Origin: a virus
Taxonomy: Duplodnaviria; Heunggongvirae; Uroviricota; Caudoviricetes
Virus record (IMG/VR): IMGVR_UViG_3300042900_000713
Location: 39,886 to 103,885 of that record
Strand: one strand, 5' to 3'
DNA: 64,000 nt
This document shows positions 62,540 through 64,000 of this stretch, piece after piece. The translations under genes were made by a program, and so were the position numbers. Position 1 is the stretch's first letter. Each line of letters starts with the position of its first letter. The notes beneath the pieces were generated by a model. That model was given only the letters and a program-made list of their open reading frames with translations, searched no databases and was not told the origin of the DNA.

Positions 62540-63232
62540 TCAAAGACCATAGCGGGACTTGGTTGCATTATAGTTTTGTTTGACTTCTGCTGCGGAGAGT
62601 GCTCTGTTGTATCTAAAATAATTATAAACATTCCCTTGCCCATTTCTACCTCCTTGTTGATCACTTCCAATCCAAGTGGATACTGGAGAAGGTGTTGTTG
62701 TTCTTGTAATTGATGTGGTGTTAGTAATCATAAGAGTTCCGTCAATATATACTTTATGCTCGTTGCTACCATTTGTAGTGTAAACATACATATGAGGAAT
62801 TGTTATATCAGATAAAGTAGTAATCCTACCAATCTGGGTAAATGTTACAGAAGAACTTAAAACATAAAACTCTATATCTCTAGTTGCACCATAATAATTA
62901 TTTGGATGTATGATATGTCCATTTGCCTGTCTAGAAGAAGAAATCCAACCATCCTTATTCCAAGTTGTAGTGACAGATTTTGCCCACACTATAACTGTTT
63001 CAGCATAAGGATTAGCAAGATTATATGTAACATAATCATCAACCCCATCAAAAACCAAAGAACCCTTATTAGCACTAGAATATCCAACCCCATTCACAAG
63101 AGTTCCAGTATTACCACGACCACTCAAATCAGTCCAAGTGGTTCCAGACCCTGGATAAGACTTTGGATTTGCTGCGTCTAAACAAAGAACGAGATTATCT
63201 GTTATTATTTTTGGATTGTAATTTATCGCCAA
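62540..63232 (-). CDS. LamG-like domain protein (paralog 3)
   Basis: TTWTDLSGRGNTGTLVNGVGYSSANKGSLVFDGVDDYV … YNRALSAAEVKQNY; GATAAATA ~28 nt upstream. Confidence 0.6.
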   Translation of the reverse strand: MAINYNPKIITDNLVLCLDAANPKSYPGSGTTWTDLSGRGNTGTLVNGVGYSSANKGSLVFDGVDDYVTYNLANPYAETVIVWAKSVTTTWNKDGWISSSRQANGHIIHPNNYYGATRDIEFYVLSSSVTFTQIGRITTLSDITIPHMYVYTTNGSNEHKVYIDGTLMITNTTSITRTTTPSPVSTWIGSDQQGGRNGQGNVYNYFRYNRALSAAEVKQNYNATKSRYGL

Positions 63233-63265
63233 CTTTATTTCACCTGTTTCTTATGAGAGTATTTA

Positions 63266-63628
63266 TCAAATTTTATGAATCTTAATTTCTTTATAAAATG
63301 AGTGAGTGAGTTCATTAATTTCTTTTTTGATTCTTGCTCGTTCATCATTAGTTCGATAAACACTTCTTGCAAGTTCAATAAAATGAGAAGAAAAATCTTT
63401 AGTTCTTTCTAATTTTCTTAAATCATCTTCAATCTTCCATAGTTTTTGATTGACTTCTTTAAGTTTTTGTAAATATGACGAAAGATATACCTGATGATTT
63501 TTTGCAATTTCAATAAGATCATTTAGTTCTTGGGTAATGAAACTACTAGATGAATGTTCTGACTTGATTTGGAGAATAGTAATCTTATCTAATAGTTCAC
63601 CGACTGATGTTTGAATGTTTATTTTCAT
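63266..63628 (-). CDS. coiled-coil protein 120 aa
   Basis: Minus ORF. Confidence 0.5.
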   Translation of the reverse strand: MKINIQTSVGELLDKITILQIKSEHSSSSFITQELNDLIEIAKNHQVYLSSYLQKLKEVNQKLWKIEDDLRKLERTKDFSSHFIELARSVYRTNDERARIKKEINELTHSFYKEIKIHKI

Positions 63629-63661
63629 TTATGAAGACTCATAATAATATTTTTTTAATTC

Positions 63662-64000
63662 TCATAAAACCTCTTGAACTTTATTTTTAATTTTAAGTAT
63701 TCTATTACTCCACCATTTCCTTACATCTTGAGAACTTACTTTACTATCTAGAGTATTTAATACATCACTCCAAGTTTCGGCAAAAATCCAAGGAGGATTG
63801 TCTTCATATTTGAAAGTATTTTCTATTTCTTTTTGTATTCCAACTACAATAGGAATTGCTCCATTCATTGATGCCTCATAAAGACGAAAACAATCCAGAG
63901 AAGAATTACCACGACCACAAGGAACAAAAGTAGATTGAGAATATACTTTACACATTAGTTCTTTTGATAATGAGTCTCCAATCATATAAGGTGTAATTTG
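63662..64000 (-). CDS. partial gene running off the window end
   Basis: ORF open at the right edge. Confidence 0.4.
   Translation of the reverse strand, partial: QITPYMIGDSLSKELMCKVYSQSTFVPCGRGNSSLDCFRLYEASMNGAIPIVVGIQKEIENTFKYEDNPPWIFAETWSDVLNTLDSKVSSQDVRKWWSNRILKIKNKVQEVL

Overview
The window is a densely packed, almost entirely minus-strand region of a T4-like (Tevenvirinae-type) myovirus genome. The gene content suggests a marine cyanomyovirus-like phage, in the style of a hyperplastic or plasticity region. Support for the T4-like assignment: TATAAATA late-promoter motifs upstream of several genes; T4 RnlA-like RNA ligase 1, T4 PseT-like polynucleotide kinase, and dCMP deaminase; free-standing HNH and GIY-YIG homing-endonuclease genes; 2OG-Fe(II) oxygenase, GT2/methyltransferase and LamG genes typical of cyanophage accessory loci. 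The most striking feature is a family of at least 40 intergenic regulatory cassettes on the minus strand, in subfamilies (near-identical copies: E2-E4/E7; E9/E10; E11/E20; E24/E25). Each cassette has a conserved roughly 22-bp box (TGTGCCRGTT-N7-TGTCMC on the plus strand) that usually supplies the stop codon of the upstream gene. The box is followed by a GC-rich stem-loop showing compensatory base changes between copies. A sigma70-like -10 (TATAMT) sits at a fixed 30-32 bp from the box, and a conserved AGTCAACC/CAAAGAC leader runs into the next ATG. These resemble the PeSL (promoter-early stem-loop) mobile cassettes described in other T4-type phages, and they delimit mostly single small genes, many in paralogous families. 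Other notable loci: a split RNA-repair set (RnlA-like ligase, PNK kinase, calcineurin-type phosphoesterase, Rnl2-like ligase); two paralogous GIY-YIG/NUMOD3 endonuclease cassettes, each with its own terminator and late promoter; a plus-strand HNH endonuclease island with a consensus sigma70 promoter and 19/20-bp tandem iterons; a DNA methyltransferase cluster including a split beta-class enzyme; an AT-rich foreign island encoding a 476-aa Lys-rich protein; and a 3'-end glycan-modification/LamG cluster. Coordinates of sub-60-aa genes and of regulatory elements were derived by hand and may be off by a few bases.
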